Assembly (NCBI GenBank): GCA_902538085.1
Contig: CACBDV010000001.1
Coordinates: 43,766-107,765, forward strand
Length of the DNA stretch: 64,000 nt
Reading direction: 5' to 3'
From: an uncultured Alphaproteobacteria bacterium
GTDB taxonomy: Bacteria; Pseudomonadota; Alphaproteobacteria; HIMB59
Positions within the stretch are counted from its first letter, which is position 1. Each line of letters begins with the position of its first letter. Shown piece after piece: positions 1 through 12,080 of this stretch. Below the pieces are notes generated by a model, which saw only the letters and a list, made by a program, of their open reading frames with translations, searched no databases and was not told where the DNA came from. The position numbers and the translations under genes were made by a program.

Positions 1-2
1 CC

Positions 3-53
3 GAATCAATTAAAAGATTTAAAAAACTTATGCGTAAGAAGAAATTTGACTAA
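3..53 (+). CDS. rpsU: 3' end of a gene entering from the left, probably 30S ribosomal protein S21 (partial)
   Basis: Frame from position 3 reads [16 protein letters not shown]-stop (TAA 51-53), resembling the basic C-terminus of alphaproteobacterial bS21; only 16 codons visible. Confidence 0.5.
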   Translation, partial: ESIKRFKKLMRKKKFD

Positions 54-1441
54 TTCTCCAGTCCTTTAATTATATCTTCACAAACTTTCTTAGCATCTCC
101 AAATAACATCAAGGTGTTGTCTCGGAAAAATAATTCATTTTGAACACCTGCATATCCACTAGCCATACCTCTTTTAACGAAAAATACTTGTCCAGCATTT
201 TCTACATCTAAAATAGGCATACCATAAATGGCACTAGTCTTATCAGTTTTTGCAGCCGGGTTAGTTACATCATTAGCACCAATCACAAATGCAACATCAG
301 TCTCAGAGAAATCTCTATTAATTTCATCGAGTTCTAGAACTTCATCATAGGGAACATTTGCTTCTGCAAGTAACACATTCATGTGTCCCGGCATTCTACC
401 AGCTACAGGATGGATTGCGTATCTTACTTCTGCACCTGCAGCTTTAAGTAAATCACCCATCTCTCTCAGTGCGTGTTGTGCTTGAGCCACAGCCATTCCG
501 TAACCAGGAACTATGATTATTGTTTTGCTATTTTTCATCATAAATGCAGCATCAGCAGCGTTACCTTGTTTTGCTTGACGATCATCTTTGACTCCACTAG
601 CACTAGCTGCTTGTTCACCACCAAATCCTCCAAGCAAAACGTTTAAGAAAGATCTATTCATTCCCTTACACATTATGTAACTCAAGATAGCTCCTGATGA
701 CCCAACAAGGGCGCCGGTAATAATCAATAAGTTGTTGGATAAAGTAAAACCAATTCCGGCAGCGGCCCATCCAGAATATGAGTTTAACATTGAAACAATA
801 ACGGGCATATCCGCTCCTCCTATTGGAACAATTAATAGGACCCCGATAACAAATGAGGCAAAAACGATAAGCCAGAATAATTCTTGGTTTTGATCGATAC
901 AAAACTTAACAATTAAAGCAATAATACCTAAACCCAAAAGTAAATTAATAAAATGTTGACCTTTGAAAACTAAAGGATTTCCTGAGACAAAACCTTGGAG
1001 TTTTCCAAAAGCTATAATAGATCCTGTAAAAGTCACCGCTCCAATTGCTGTTCCAATTGACATTTCTATTAAACTTCCCATTGGAATAGATCCAACAGTA
1101 CCTATGTTAAAGGCACTAGGATTGTAATATGCAGAGGCAGCAACAAACACAGCAGCTAATCCAACCAAGCTATGGAAAGCAGCAACTAATTGTGGTAATG
1201 CAGTCATTTGAATTTTAACTGCGATGGATGTTCCAATCAAACCACCTATTAAAAAAGCTATTCCAATTTCTTTATAGCTTAGTACACCAGGATTAGACAA
1301 TGTTGTGACTATGGCTATAGCCATCCCTAATATTCCTAAAAAATTTCCTCTCCTTGCAGTGGAGGGATGTGATAACCCTCTAAGAGAAAGTATAAATAAA
1401 ACCGATGAAACTAAATATGCTGCAGTTGTTAAAGTTGACAT
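50..1441 (-). CDS. pntB: NAD(P)+ transhydrogenase subunit beta
   Basis: 463 aa; [56 protein letters not shown] motifs. Confidence 0.98.
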   Translation of the reverse strand: MSTLTTAAYLVSSVLFILSLRGLSHPSTARRGNFLGILGMAIAIVTTLSNPGVLSYKEIGIAFLIGGLIGTSIAVKIQMTALPQLVAAFHSLVGLAAVFVAASAYYNPSAFNIGTVGSIPMGSLIEMSIGTAIGAVTFTGSIIAFGKLQGFVSGNPLVFKGQHFINLLLGLGIIALIVKFCIDQNQELFWLIVFASFVIGVLLIVPIGGADMPVIVSMLNSYSGWAAAGIGFTLSNNLLIITGALVGSSGAILSYIMCKGMNRSFLNVLLGGFGGEQAASASGVKDDRQAKQGNAADAAFMMKNSKTIIIVPGYGMAVAQAQHALREMGDLLKAAGAEVRYAIHPVAGRMPGHMNVLLAEANVPYDEVLELDEINRDFSETDVAFVIGANDVTNPAAKTDKTSAIYGMPILDVENAGQVFFVKRGMASGYAGVQNELFFRDNTLMLFGDAKKVCEDIIKGLEN

Positions 1442-1448
1442 TTTTTAC

Positions 1449-1838
1449 CTATTGTTTCTTTTTAAACATGGAGAGCATTCGATTTGTTACAACAAACCCC
1501 CCAAATATGTTAACGGCAGCAAGAGTTACAGCAACTAAACCAAAATATTTAGAAATGTTACTATCAACAGGGCCTGCGGCCAATAAAGCTCCAACAATAA
1601 TTACAGACGAAATAGCGTTTGTGACACCCATTAAAGGGCTGTGTAAAGCAGGAGTAACCGACCAAACCACATAATAACCTACAAAACAAGCCAATACCAA
1701 AACAGTTATACCAAAAATAATAAAGTCACTATGGCCCCCAGATGTTTCGGCCACACTAGATGCTAACTGGCTTGCTTCATTTGCAATTTGTTGTGCCTTG
1801 TATGATAAATTTTCTAATTGATTTGAAATTTCTGACAT
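1449..1838 (-). CDS. pntA: NAD(P)+ transhydrogenase subunit alpha, membrane part (PntAb)
   Basis: [18 protein letters not shown] and [16 protein letters not shown] motifs; between pntAa and pntB (three-gene split arrangement). Confidence 0.95.
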   Translation of the reverse strand: MSEISNQLENLSYKAQQIANEASQLASSVAETSGGHSDFIIFGITVLVLACFVGYYVVWSVTPALHSPLMGVTNAISSVIIVGALLAAGPVDSNISKYFGLVAVTLAAVNIFGGFVVTNRMLSMFKKKQ

Positions 1839-1850
1839 AGTAACTCCTTT

Positions 1851-2966
1851 TTATTTTATTAAAATCTTTCCAGCTGAGCAAATCATTGTAGCTTTAATAA
1901 TTTCATCACTTTTATTAATCATAGATTTTTTCTTATCTTCAAAGTTCATTAATTTTAAAAAGTTAGAAATATTTTTTGAAAAAAGGCTTGAGGCATTATT
2001 TGCTACTCTGCCAGGAACGTTGGCATGACCTAGAATCTTAAGGCCATTTTTTGAAACGACTTTTCCAACTTGGCTAAATTCGCAGTTACCTCCAGATTCT
2101 ACAGCTAAATCAACAATAACTGAACCATTTTGCATGTTTTCCAACATTTCTTTTTTTAAAATTAAAGGTGCTTTTCTTCCTGGTATTTGAGCAGTACATA
2201 TTACAATATCCATTGTTTTTAAAGTTTCGGCCAATAAAGCTTCTTGTTTTTTTTGATACTCGGCACTCATTTCTTTTGCATAACCACCCTTTGTTTCAGC
2301 ATTCTTGGACTCCTCATCCTCGACCATAACAAATTTACCACCAAGACTCTCAACTTGCTCTTTTGAGGCTATTCTTACGTCTGTAGCAAAAACAATAGCA
2401 CCTAATCGTTTAGCAGTTGCTATAGCTTGTAAACCTGCAACACCTGCACCTATGACTAAAACATTTGCCGGAGTAACTTTACCAGCAGCCGTCATAAATA
2501 ATGGTAATACTCTGTTAAATTCTTGAGCAGCATCTATAACCGCATGATATCCAGCTAAGTTTGCTTGAGAGGACAAAATATCCATATCTTGAGCTCGAGT
2601 AATTCTTGGGACTAATTCTAAAGCAAACGCTGATATTTTTTTAGAATTTAAAATTTTAATACTGTCTTGGTTGTTCTGTATACTGATTTGCGAAATAACC
2701 ATTGAGTTATTTTTAATTAGTCTAGACTCGTCTGGGGTTGGGCAATTTATTTTTAAAATAATATCAGAATTCTTAAAAACTTCTTTTGAAGTAGATAGAC
2801 TCGCTCCAGACTCTCTATACGATTTATCATTAAAACCTGAAAGTGAACCTGCCCCCTTTTCAATAAATACTTGGTGACCGGCTTTTACATAGTTTTTTAC
2901 ATCATCAGGGGAAATAGAAACTCTATTTTCAAACTTTTTTTTCTCTTTAACTGCACCTATTATCAT
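1851..2966 (-). CDS. pntA: NAD(P)+ transhydrogenase subunit alpha, soluble NAD-binding domain I (PntAa)
   Basis: PRITRAQDMDILSSQANLAGY, GAGVAGLQAIATAKRLGA, GGYAKEMS, DLAVESGGNC. Confidence 0.96.
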   Translation of the reverse strand: MIIGAVKEKKKFENRVSISPDDVKNYVKAGHQVFIEKGAGSLSGFNDKSYRESGASLSTSKEVFKNSDIILKINCPTPDESRLIKNNSMVISQISIQNNQDSIKILNSKKISAFALELVPRITRAQDMDILSSQANLAGYHAVIDAAQEFNRVLPLFMTAAGKVTPANVLVIGAGVAGLQAIATAKRLGAIVFATDVRIASKEQVESLGGKFVMVEDEESKNAETKGGYAKEMSAEYQKKQEALLAETLKTMDIVICTAQIPGRKAPLILKKEMLENMQNGSVIVDLAVESGGNCEFSQVGKVVSKNGLKILGHANVPGRVANNASSLFSKNISNFLKLMNFEDKKKSMINKSDEIIKATMICSAGKILIK

Positions 2967-3060
2967 TATTGTTCCTTTTAGAAGGTATGTTGTATATCAG
3001 ATAAATCTAATTTGTTAAGTCTAAGATTTATAAAATTTATTAAAAATTTGTTCAAAGTAT

Positions 3061-4389
3061 TCATAAACCGGCAAATTTGAATGCTTTTTTTTGATTGGTT
3101 TCAACATTTTTTACTGAAAAATCTTTAATTAAGTCATGAAAAAGCTTGTACCAATTTATTTCAGCCCTCAAATGAATGAAGATTGACCCCAAACCAACCG
3201 CTGCTCGATCCATAAATACAAACTCTCTTGGAGGTTTAACTCCTCCATATTTTTTAAGTTCTTTGTGGACTTCACTAGCTATTTTAGCTCCATAGATACC
3301 ACTATCTGAGTCTTGTATTTTTCGGACCTCATTCTTTAAAATTGGATCATACAAGAATAAAGCCCATTTATTTAAAACATTCATTAATTTATCATCAATG
3401 TCTTTAAACCCCCATACTTGATAAGCGGTTTTTATCTTTTTATTATCTTTTTCTTTTAGGGCAAAATAAAGGTCAATTACGCCTTTAACAAACTTAGGTG
3501 GAAATATCCTTACGCAGCCATAATCAAATAAATTAATATTATTTTTATTATCTACTGAGTAATTACCTAAATGTGGATCTCCATGAATTATACCGTATTT
3601 ATAAAAGGGTAAGTACCATGCCATAAATAATTTTTTTGCTAATTCATTTCTAGTTTTTTGTGGTGCATTTTTGTATTCAATTAATTTTTTACCATTAAGA
3701 AATTCCATTATTAAAAGTCTGTTAGTAGATATTTTTTCGTAAACATTTGGGATTTTTATATATGTGTTATTTTTATGAATAAATTTAAATATTTTTAAAT
3801 GTTTGTTTTCTAAACTATAATTTAATTCTTCTTTTAGTCTTGCTTCTATTTCTTTATAGATCTCTCTAATTTGAATTGATTTATTATAACTAGAGTAAAT
3901 TTTAAATATTATTTTAAGTTGGTTTAAGTCAGCTTCTACTGCTGAAGACATATCAGGATATTGAAGTTTACACGCAACATAATCATTGGTTTTCAATTTG
4001 GCCTTATGTACCTGACCTAAAGAGGCAGCAAAACTTGCCTCTTGATTGAATTCTTTGAAATTATTTTGCCAATTTTCACCTAATTCAGCTTTCATTCTTC
4101 TTTTTACAAACACCCAAGACATCGGAGGTGCATTTGACTGTAATTCAGCTAATTTTCTAGAATACTCTTCAGGCAGTAAATCAGGAATAGTGGCGCTTAG
4201 TTGTGCCACCTTCATCAAAGGTCCTTTTAAATTGCCTAAAATCTCTGTGATTTGAGCCGCGTACTTTTGATCACTCAAATCAAAATTTAAATATTTTTTT
4301 CCTGCAAATTTAGTAGCTAAAGAAGTCATGGAAGTTGTGACTTTTGAGTACCTTTTCACTCTTGATACTAGATTATTTTCTTCTTTCAT
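3061..4389 (-). CDS. AarF/ABC1/UbiB family atypical kinase
   Basis: LKGPLMKVAQ, AASLGQVH, KLQYP, HGDPHLGN, DYGC motifs. Confidence 0.92.
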   Translation of the reverse strand: MKEENNLVSRVKRYSKVTTSMTSLATKFAGKKYLNFDLSDQKYAAQITEILGNLKGPLMKVAQLSATIPDLLPEEYSRKLAELQSNAPPMSWVFVKRRMKAELGENWQNNFKEFNQEASFAASLGQVHKAKLKTNDYVACKLQYPDMSSAVEADLNQLKIIFKIYSSYNKSIQIREIYKEIEARLKEELNYSLENKHLKIFKFIHKNNTYIKIPNVYEKISTNRLLIMEFLNGKKLIEYKNAPQKTRNELAKKLFMAWYLPFYKYGIIHGDPHLGNYSVDNKNNINLFDYGCVRIFPPKFVKGVIDLYFALKEKDNKKIKTAYQVWGFKDIDDKLMNVLNKWALFLYDPILKNEVRKIQDSDSGIYGAKIASEVHKELKKYGGVKPPREFVFMDRAAVGLGSIFIHLRAEINWYKLFHDLIKDFSVKNVETNQKKAFKFAGL

Positions 4390-4395
4390 TTTAAG

Positions 4396-6147
4396 CTAGA
4401 TACTTTTTTCAAACTCATCTATTAGACCTGAAATCATTGAGAGTCCTTTCTCCCAACTATTTTTTTGTTTGAGATCCACATTAAATGGTTTCAAAACTTC
4501 ACTATAGTGTTTCGAGCCACCACTTTTTAAAAGATTAATGTAACTTTCCTTAAAATTTGGTAGGCCTTCATCATAAAGTTGAATCAAAATATTTACTAAA
4601 CAATCTCCAAAAGCGTATGCATATACATAAAAAGGAGTATGAATAAAATGAGGTATGTATGTCCAAAAATATTTATAACCATCTGTTAATTCAATATTAG
4701 GACCAAGACTTTCTGATTGTGTTTTCATCCAAAAATCACAAAGTTGATCAGATGATAACTCTCCTTTTTTTCTCTCATTGTGAACTAACTTTTCAAATTC
4801 AAAAAATGATATTTGCCTGATAACAGTATTAATCATGTCCTCTATTTTTGATGCAAAAAGATATTTTCTGGCACTCTTATCACTATCTTCAAGTAGTGTT
4901 CGAAAAGTCATCATCTCTCCAAAAACACTTGCTGTCTCTGCTAGAGTAAGAGGAGTGCTTGATAACAATAAACCTTGTTTAGCAGACAAATATTGGTGAC
5001 ATCCATGTCCAAGTTCATGAGCTAATGTCATTACATCTCTGGTTTTACCGTGGAAGTTTGTCAAAATGTAAGGGTGAATTGAAGGAATTGTAGAAGCTGC
5101 AAATGCTCCTGGAGATTTACCTGATTTTAATTCTGCATCAATCCAACTGTTATTAAAAAATAATAATACAATATCTTTAAAACTTTTATCAAAGTTAGCA
5201 TATGAGCGGATTACAATATCTTTTGCCTCAGACCAATTTATTTTTTTATTAGGTGAATCAGGATAAGGCGCATTTCTATCCCAATAATTAAGTTTTTCTT
5301 GATTAAAAAGTTTGGCTTTAATTTTATAGTATCGATGTGAAATATTCTTGTAATTGGAAGTAACACTTTCAGTTAGTGCCTCAACGACTTCATTTTCAAC
5401 ATTATTCGCTAAATTTCTTGAGTCTGTTGGAGATTTATATTTTCTCCACTTATCATTAGTAATTTTATCTTTTGCGAGAGTGTTTGTAATAAATGAAAAA
5501 GTTTTTACATTCGATTTAAAAACATCTTCAATACTTTTAGCTGCTTTTTTTCTGGTAGTTGCATTATGATCAGATAATAAATTTAAAGCTTCTGAACTAT
5601 TTAAATCTTTATCATCGATTTTAAATTTTAAATCGTTTATTTGTTCTTCAAAGAATCTCACCCATGAAGAGTTAGAGGTTAAATTCTTATCAAGGAAAAT
5701 CATCTCACTTTTTTCATCAAGTTGATGTTGTTTATATCGACGAATATTAATTAACCAATTTTTATATTTGCCAGCATTTGATAAAAATATTTCAAATTCT
5801 TGGTCATTTGTAGCATTTATTTCGTTTGTAAAAAAAATCAAGTTTGATGATATCTCTGTAAGTTTTTCATTTATACCTTGATAGAATTGAACCGTCTCTT
5901 GGTCGTTCATATTTGTTGCGTATATCAAAAAAGCGAAATTTCCAATCTTGTCACCAAGTTCATTACCGTCTTCATACTCTTTAATGGTGCTTTCGAGATT
6001 TTGAGCTTGATTAACTAATTGACCTTTATATTTTTTGTTGAAAGATTTAGAAAAATTTCTATATTTTTCCAGATCAAGATCAATTCCTTCGTCTTTTATA
6101 GAAGAGTAAAAATCTCCTAAATTCCAGTTCGGCAATTTTTCAGTCAT
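4396..6147 (-). CDS. pepF: M3B family oligoendopeptidase F
   Basis: TLAHELGH zinc motif, LAETASVFGE, HTPFYVYAYAFG. Confidence 0.93.
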   Translation of the reverse strand: MTEKLPNWNLGDFYSSIKDEGIDLDLEKYRNFSKSFNKKYKGQLVNQAQNLESTIKEYEDGNELGDKIGNFAFLIYATNMNDQETVQFYQGINEKLTEISSNLIFFTNEINATNDQEFEIFLSNAGKYKNWLINIRRYKQHQLDEKSEMIFLDKNLTSNSSWVRFFEEQINDLKFKIDDKDLNSSEALNLLSDHNATTRKKAAKSIEDVFKSNVKTFSFITNTLAKDKITNDKWRKYKSPTDSRNLANNVENEVVEALTESVTSNYKNISHRYYKIKAKLFNQEKLNYWDRNAPYPDSPNKKINWSEAKDIVIRSYANFDKSFKDIVLLFFNNSWIDAELKSGKSPGAFAASTIPSIHPYILTNFHGKTRDVMTLAHELGHGCHQYLSAKQGLLLSSTPLTLAETASVFGEMMTFRTLLEDSDKSARKYLFASKIEDMINTVIRQISFFEFEKLVHNERKKGELSSDQLCDFWMKTQSESLGPNIELTDGYKYFWTYIPHFIHTPFYVYAYAFGDCLVNILIQLYDEGLPNFKESYINLLKSGGSKHYSEVLKPFNVDLKQKNSWEKGLSMISGLIDEFEKSI

Positions 6148-6152
6148 CTAAA

Positions 6153-6446
6153 CTATTTTTTTTTAAATTGTTCTATTTGTTCTTTTGTTGCTTCTGATTG
6201 ATATTTACTTTTCCATTCAGAGTAAGCCATTCCATAAATAATCTTTCTTGATTCCTCATAGTCTAGATCATAGTTTTCCTCTTTTGCATATTTTACATAC
6301 CATTTTGATAAACAATTTCTGCAAAATCCACTAAGATTCATCAAGTCAATATTTTGTACATCAGTCCTATCTCTTAAATGATTAATTAAATGATCAAGCA
6401 CGTTAGCTTTAATTTTGTAATCTTGTTCTTTTGATATTTTACTCAT
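6153..6446 (-). CDS. DUF1244 family protein
   Basis: RTDVQNIDLMNLSGFCRNCLSKWY and IYGMAYSEWK signature; near pyk as in other alphaproteobacteria. Confidence 0.88.
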   Translation of the reverse strand: MSKISKEQDYKIKANVLDHLINHLRDRTDVQNIDLMNLSGFCRNCLSKWYVKYAKEENYDLDYEESRKIIYGMAYSEWKSKYQSEATKEQIEQFKKK

Positions 6447-6493
6447 GGTAATTTACTAATATCATGTTATTTATTAATTTCTAAACAAATCAA

Positions 6494-7930
6494 ATGAAAC
6501 TTAGAAACCGTAAAGCCAAAATTGTTGCAACATTAGGACCAGCCTGTGAGACTGAAAAAGCTATTGAGAAATTATTTTTATCTGGCGCTGACGTATTTCG
6601 TCTTAATTTTAGTCATGGTGACCATGAGGATCACAAAAAAAAAGTTAAAATTATTCGAAATTTAGAAAAAAAACATGATCGTTATATTTGTATTTTAGGT
6701 GACTTACAGGGTCCCAAATTCAGAGTTGGTAGATTTCTAAATGTCAAAGAACAACTAAAAAAAAACCAAATATTTACTTTTGATCAAAATAAAAAAGACG
6801 GTGATAGTTCTCGAGTCTACTTGCCTCATAAAGAAATTTTCAAATCTATAGCAATCGGACAAAGGCTGTTAGTGAATGATGGTAAGGTAAGGTTAAAAGT
6901 AAAATCAAAATCTGCTTCTGCAATTAAATGCGTTGTAACAGATGGTGGAGAAATTTCTAATAACAAAGGATTGAATATTCCAGATACTAAACTTGATTTA
7001 AAAATAATTACTCCAAAAGATAAAAAGGATTTAGAGCTAGCTATTAAACTTGATGTTGATTGGATTGCTCTTTCATTTATTCAAACCACAAAAGATTTAT
7101 TAACAGCAAAAAAACTTATTCCTGCAAAATTTAAAGTAATGGTTAAAGTAGAAAAACCTTCTGCTATGGAAGAAATTGAGTCGATAACTGAAAATTCTGA
7201 TGGAATAATGGTTGCTAGAGGAGATCTGGGTGTTGAAACCAACCCAGAAGATGTGCCAATTCATCAAAGAACAATGGTCGCTGCTTGCAGGAAATATGGA
7301 AAGCCATGTATTGTTGCAACCCAAATGCTTGAGAGTATGATTGACTCACCTACTCCAACAAGGGCTGAAGCCTCTGATGTCGCTACAGCAGTATTTCAAG
7401 GAGTAGACGCTGTAATGTTATCTGCAGAGTCAGCTGCTGGTAATTATCCCAAAGAGTCTGTAGAAATGATGGATAAAATAATTAAACGTGTAGAAAGTGA
7501 TCCTAAATATTTAGCTAATATTCAAAATTATAATTTGAATATTGTAAAAACATCAACAGAGGCAATTGCTACTGCAGCACTTGAAGTAGCTACCATTGCT
7601 GAATGCAATTGTATTGCAACATTTTCTCAATCAGGAAGATCTGTTTTAAGAGTCGCAAGGATGAGGCCTGATGTGACCTTAATAGGACTAACAACTAATA
7701 AAAAAGTTGCTCGTCAAAATGCCTTAACTTGGGGTACTTTTATGGATGTTGTAGATGAAATTTCATCGTCAACTGAGATGGTTGACCGTGCCTGTAAAAT
7801 AGCAAAATTAAGAAAAATTTTAAAACATGGTGAAAAAATAATAATCACAGCTGGAGTGCCTTTTGGAAAAGTTGGAAATACCAATATTCTTCGTATAGCT
7901 AAAATTATTTCTGAGAGTAAATTAACTTAA
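6494..7930 (+). CDS. pyk: pyruvate kinase
   Basis: KIVATLGPA, RLNFSHG, DLQGPK, MVARGDLGVE, ATQMLESM, PTRAEASDV, MLSAESA. Confidence 0.98.
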   Translation: MKLRNRKAKIVATLGPACETEKAIEKLFLSGADVFRLNFSHGDHEDHKKKVKIIRNLEKKHDRYICILGDLQGPKFRVGRFLNVKEQLKKNQIFTFDQNKKDGDSSRVYLPHKEIFKSIAIGQRLLVNDGKVRLKVKSKSASAIKCVVTDGGEISNNKGLNIPDTKLDLKIITPKDKKDLELAIKLDVDWIALSFIQTTKDLLTAKKLIPAKFKVMVKVEKPSAMEEIESITENSDGIMVARGDLGVETNPEDVPIHQRTMVAACRKYGKPCIVATQMLESMIDSPTPTRAEASDVATAVFQGVDAVMLSAESAAGNYPKESVEMMDKIIKRVESDPKYLANIQNYNLNIVKTSTEAIATAALEVATIAECNCIATFSQSGRSVLRVARMRPDVTLIGLTTNKKVARQNALTWGTFMDVVDEISSSTEMVDRACKIAKLRKILKHGEKIIITAGVPFGKVGNTNILRIAKIISESKLT

Positions 7931-9118
7931 TCTAGAACAAGCAGTTTTAATTCTTTGGCAGGCATCCTCTAATATGGAGTCAGAAGTTGCATAAGATATT
8001 CTAAAGAAACCCTCTAATCCAAAAGCAGAGCCTTGTACACCTGCAACACCTACCTCTTCAAGAAGATAATCCATGAAGTCACCATCAGTTAAAAGTTTTT
8101 TACCAGACTCCGTTGTTTTACCTAAAACATCTTTACATGAAGCAAAAACATAAAAAGCACCCTCTGGATTTCTGCAAGATAATCCAGGTGTTTCATTTAA
8201 ATGCTTTACAACTAAATTACGTCTTCTAAGAAAAGATTTATTGTTTGATGTGATAAAACTTTGATCTCCATTCAATGCCTCAACAGAGGCTGCCATTGAT
8301 ATTGATGCTGTTGAAGATACGTTTTGTGATTGAACTTTGTTCATTGCATTGATCAGACTGATTGGACCTGCTGCGTAGCCTACTCTCCAACCTGTCATGC
8401 AATAAGACTTGGATAATCCATTCATCGTCAATGTTCTTTCTTTTAAAAATGGGCAAACTTCAGCTATTGTATTGAACTTATTTGTGTCGTAAACGATCTT
8501 TTCATAAATATCATCTGATAAAATAAAAATATTTTCATAACTTTTAAGAACATCTCCAATAGCTACCAATTCCTCTTTGGTATACATAGATCCAGTCGGG
8601 TTACTTGGGCTATTTAGCATCAACCATTTTGTTTTTGAAGATATATTTTTTTCCAAATCCTCAGGTGTAATCTTAAAACCATTTTGCTCACCGCACTCTA
8701 CAATTATAGGTTTTCCATCATTTAAAATTACAATGTCGGGGTAACTCACCCAATATGGAGCGGGGATAATAACTTCATCACCTTGATTAATTGTTGCTGA
8801 AAAAGCATTATAAATTATGTGCTTTCCACCAACTCCAACTGTAATATTACCAAGTTCATAATCTAAGTTATTATCTCTTTGAAATTTTTTTTGAATTGCA
8901 ACCTGCAAGTCTGGAGTTCCCTTACCTGGTACATACTTTGTAAAACCCTTATTTATGGCATCTATTGCTGCGCTTTTAATGTGATCAGGTGTATCAAAAT
9001 CTGGCTCTCCAGCTGCTAAAACAATCACATCCTTACCAGCCCTTTTCAGTTCCTGAGCCTTCATATTGGTAGCTATTGTTAATGATGGTTTTATGTTATT
9101 AACTCTATTTGAAATCAT
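7922..9118 (-). CDS. aspC: PLP-dependent class I aminotransferase (aspartate aminotransferase)
   Basis: AGEPDFDTP, PYWVSY, NSPSNPTG, DDIYE, SKSYCMTGWRVG. Confidence 0.9.
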   Translation of the reverse strand: MISNRVNNIKPSLTIATNMKAQELKRAGKDVIVLAAGEPDFDTPDHIKSAAIDAINKGFTKYVPGKGTPDLQVAIQKKFQRDNNLDYELGNITVGVGGKHIIYNAFSATINQGDEVIIPAPYWVSYPDIVILNDGKPIIVECGEQNGFKITPEDLEKNISSKTKWLMLNSPSNPTGSMYTKEELVAIGDVLKSYENIFILSDDIYEKIVYDTNKFNTIAEVCPFLKERTLTMNGLSKSYCMTGWRVGYAAGPISLINAMNKVQSQNVSSTASISMAASVEALNGDQSFITSNNKSFLRRRNLVVKHLNETPGLSCRNPEGAFYVFASCKDVLGKTTESGKKLLTDGDFMDYLLEEVGVAGVQGSAFGLEGFFRISYATSDSILEDACQRIKTACSRLS

Positions 9119-9165
9119 TTTTTTTATTTAGTTATCTATAAACTTATTTATAAATTTCTACAAGT

Positions 9166-11148
9166 ATGCCGTTTAAAATAGTAAGTGAAAATAAACCAAA
9201 AGGAGATCAGCCTCAAGCAATCAAAAAATTGATCGATGGTTTAGAAAAGAGAAAACAAAGCCAAGTATTATTGGGTGTAACCGGCTCTGGAAAAACTTTT
9301 ACGATTGCAAATGTTATTGAAAAATATAACAGACCAACATTGATTATGGCTCCAAATAAGACCTTGGCTGCTCAATTATATGAGGAATTAAAAGTATTGT
9401 TTCCTAAAAATGCAGTTGAGTATTTTGTGAGTTATTATGATTATTATCAACCAGAAGCTTATGTACCTCGATCAGATACATTCATAGAAAAAGAGTCCTC
9501 TATAAATGAGCAAATAGATCGTTTTAGACACTCAGCGACTAGATCATTAGTAGAAAGAGAAGATGTAATTATTGTAGCAAGTGTTTCATGTATATACGGC
9601 ATCGGGTCCGTTGACTCTTACTCTAAAATGACTTTAGAAATAAAAAAAGGACAGAACATTAATTTAATGGAGTTCCTGAGAGAATTGGTAGAGTTACAGT
9701 ATAAAAGAAACAATATTGATTTTAGAAGAGGTATGTTTCGAGTAACTGGAGATCGGGTTGATGTTTTTCCTGCGCATTTAGAGGATATAGCTTGGAGGAT
9801 AAGTTTTTTTGGAGACGAGGTGGAAGATATTAAAGAGTTTGATCCCCTCACAGGTGAATTCATTCAAAGCTTCGAAGAAGTAAAAATCTTTGCAAATAGT
9901 CATTACATTACACCAAAACCACGATTAGAGAATGCTATTAAAGAAATTAAGAAAGATTTAAAAATAAGACTAGAAGAGTTTGATAAGGAAAAAAAGTTAC
10001 TTGAATTTCAAAGATTAAAAGAAAGAACTAATTTTGATTTGGAAATGATTCAGGCAACGGGAACATGCTCAGGAATTGAGAATTATTCGAGATATTTAAG
10101 CGGAAGACAACCTGGTGAAGCACCACCAACTCTATACGAGTTTATTCCAGACAACTCACTACTTATTATTGATGAATCTCATGTATCCGTACCTCAAATA
10201 AATGGAATGTATAAAGGTGACCGATCAAGAAAAAAAACATTATCAGATTATGGATTTAGACTTCCGTCTGCATTGGATAATCGGCCTTTAACTTTTGAAG
10301 AATGGAATATGATGCGTCCCCCCACTATTTTTTTATCTGCAACTCCTGGCCCATGGGAATTGAATGAAGTCGAAAATGAGTATGTTGAACAAATCATAAG
10401 GCCCACAGGTCTAATTGATCCTGAGTGTGTGATCAAAACAACTGTCAATCAAGTGGAAGATTTAATGGGTGAAATTAAAATAACACTCAATAATAAAAAT
10501 AGAGTATTGATTACAACTCTTACAAAAAAAAATGCTGAGGACTTAACCAATTACTTGAAAGAACATAATTTAAAGGCTGAATATATGCATTCTGATGTTG
10601 AGACTATCGATAGAATAAAACTTATTCGCTCTTTAAGAATTGGGGAGATTGATATTTTGATTGGTATCAATTTGCTCAGAGAAGGACTAGATATTCCTGA
10701 GTGTGGTTTAGTAGCCATCCTTGACGCTGACAAAGAGGGTTATTTAAGGTCAAAAACCAGTTTAGTACAAACCATAGGTCGTGCAGCCAGAAATATAGAT
10801 GGAAAGGTGATTTTGTATGCAGATGTGATGACTAAAAGTATTAAAGCAGCTCTTGAGGAAACAAAATATAGAAAAAATAAACAAATTGAATTTAATCAGA
10901 AAAATAATATTACCCCTCAATCAGTTAAAAGAAATATTGGTGAAATTATCGAGAGCATCTATGAAAAAGATAGCTATACTGTGGGTACATCTGAAATTGA
11001 TAAATTGAGCCCTAATAAATTTGAAAAGCATATTCAAAAATTAGAGAAAAAAATGTTATCAGCAGCTGAAAATTTAGATTTTGAGAAAGCTGCAATGTTC
11101 AGAGATGAAATAAGGAAACTTAAAAAAGATCAAATGGGTGTGAATTGA
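9166..11148 (+). CDS. uvrB: excinuclease ABC subunit B
   Basis: GVTGSGKT Walker [33 protein letters not shown]-terminal UVR domain. Confidence 0.99.
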   Translation: MPFKIVSENKPKGDQPQAIKKLIDGLEKRKQSQVLLGVTGSGKTFTIANVIEKYNRPTLIMAPNKTLAAQLYEELKVLFPKNAVEYFVSYYDYYQPEAYVPRSDTFIEKESSINEQIDRFRHSATRSLVEREDVIIVASVSCIYGIGSVDSYSKMTLEIKKGQNINLMEFLRELVELQYKRNNIDFRRGMFRVTGDRVDVFPAHLEDIAWRISFFGDEVEDIKEFDPLTGEFIQSFEEVKIFANSHYITPKPRLENAIKEIKKDLKIRLEEFDKEKKLLEFQRLKERTNFDLEMIQATGTCSGIENYSRYLSGRQPGEAPPTLYEFIPDNSLLIIDESHVSVPQINGMYKGDRSRKKTLSDYGFRLPSALDNRPLTFEEWNMMRPPTIFLSATPGPWELNEVENEYVEQIIRPTGLIDPECVIKTTVNQVEDLMGEIKITLNNKNRVLITTLTKKNAEDLTNYLKEHNLKAEYMHSDVETIDRIKLIRSLRIGEIDILIGINLLREGLDIPECGLVAILDADKEGYLRSKTSLVQTIGRAARNIDGKVILYADVMTKSIKAALEETKYRKNKQIEFNQKNNITPQSVKRNIGEIIESIYEKDSYTVGTSEIDKLSPNKFEKHIQKLEKKMLSAAENLDFEKAAMFRDEIRKLKKDQMGVN

Positions 11149-12071
11149 TTGAGAGTTTATTAGGGGTATTAATAAGTCTTGCTCTATTAATATGTTCATG
11201 TGATTTTGCAATTAAAAATTCAATATTAATTTCACAAGTTTATAAAATTAGACCTATCCTTGTAGGAATATTTATTATAGCAATCGGCACTTCCCTCCCT
11301 GAGTTTGCAGCAACATTTCAAGCATTAAAGTTAAATTCTGTGGGAATAGTTGCAGGTAATCTTGTAGGAAGTAATATAGCAAATATTTTATTGGTAGGGG
11401 GTATCATGCTATATCCCATTACTAGCTTAGTGACTGATAAAAGGGATAAAAGTACTTTTTTATTTTTTTTAATTTTTTCAATTGTTTTTTTTATTTTCAT
11501 AATATTTAATTTTAATATTGGCTACACGTACGGTGTTTTACTTTTTGGATTACTTTGTTTTTTTATTTATTTTGAATTAAAAAAACCAATTGATGAGACT
11601 AATACAATATCCGAGATAGCACATTCTTCATCTTTTTTTATTATTTTAAAAATAATATTAGCATTTATAGCTTTATTTTTTAGTTCTAAGTATTTTATTG
11701 TTTATGCGAAAGATCTAACTAGCATATTTGGTGTTGCAGAAACTACTATTGGAATAACAATTGTTGCTTTTGGTACTTCTTTGCCTGAGGTAATTGCAAC
11801 AATTTTATCAATTGTGAAAAAACAAAATAATTTGGCAATTGGAAATATTCTCGGATCAAATATAGCCAACATATTTGGAATAACGATTATTGCTGTGCTA
11901 ATCAATGGAAGTATAAATTTTTATGAATTACTTGGTCAAATTGATAAATGGCTATTTTTAGTGACTTCTTTATTATTTTTTATAATTATTTCTTTAAAAT
12001 TGGCTGGAAAATTAATTTCTCTTGGCTTTATATTAGCCTATATGATCTATTTTGTGTTCCTATATTTGTAG
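11145..12071 (+). CDS. calcium/sodium antiporter (YrbG/CaCA family)
   Basis: Two alpha repeats GTSLPE...GN(L/I)xGSNIANI; about 10 hydrophobic segments. Confidence 0.92.
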   Translation: MIESLLGVLISLALLICSCDFAIKNSILISQVYKIRPILVGIFIIAIGTSLPEFAATFQALKLNSVGIVAGNLVGSNIANILLVGGIMLYPITSLVTDKRDKSTFLFFLIFSIVFFIFIIFNFNIGYTYGVLLFGLLCFFIYFELKKPIDETNTISEIAHSSSFFIILKIILAFIALFFSSKYFIVYAKDLTSIFGVAETTIGITIVAFGTSLPEVIATILSIVKKQNNLAIGNILGSNIANIFGITIIAVLINGSINFYELLGQIDKWLFLVTSLLFFIIISLKLAGKLISLGFILAYMIYFVFLYL

Positions 12072-12080
12072 AATGAATAA

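Noticed and set aside
1449-2966. Split pntA as a frameshift or pseudogene
   Set aside because: The three-subunit transhydrogenase is a known normal arrangement, and both parts have their own start and stop
9119-9165. Alphaproteobacterial LexA box upstream of uvrB (also checked upstream of uvrC)
   Set aside because: No GTTC-N7-GTTC or GAAC-N7-GAAC found
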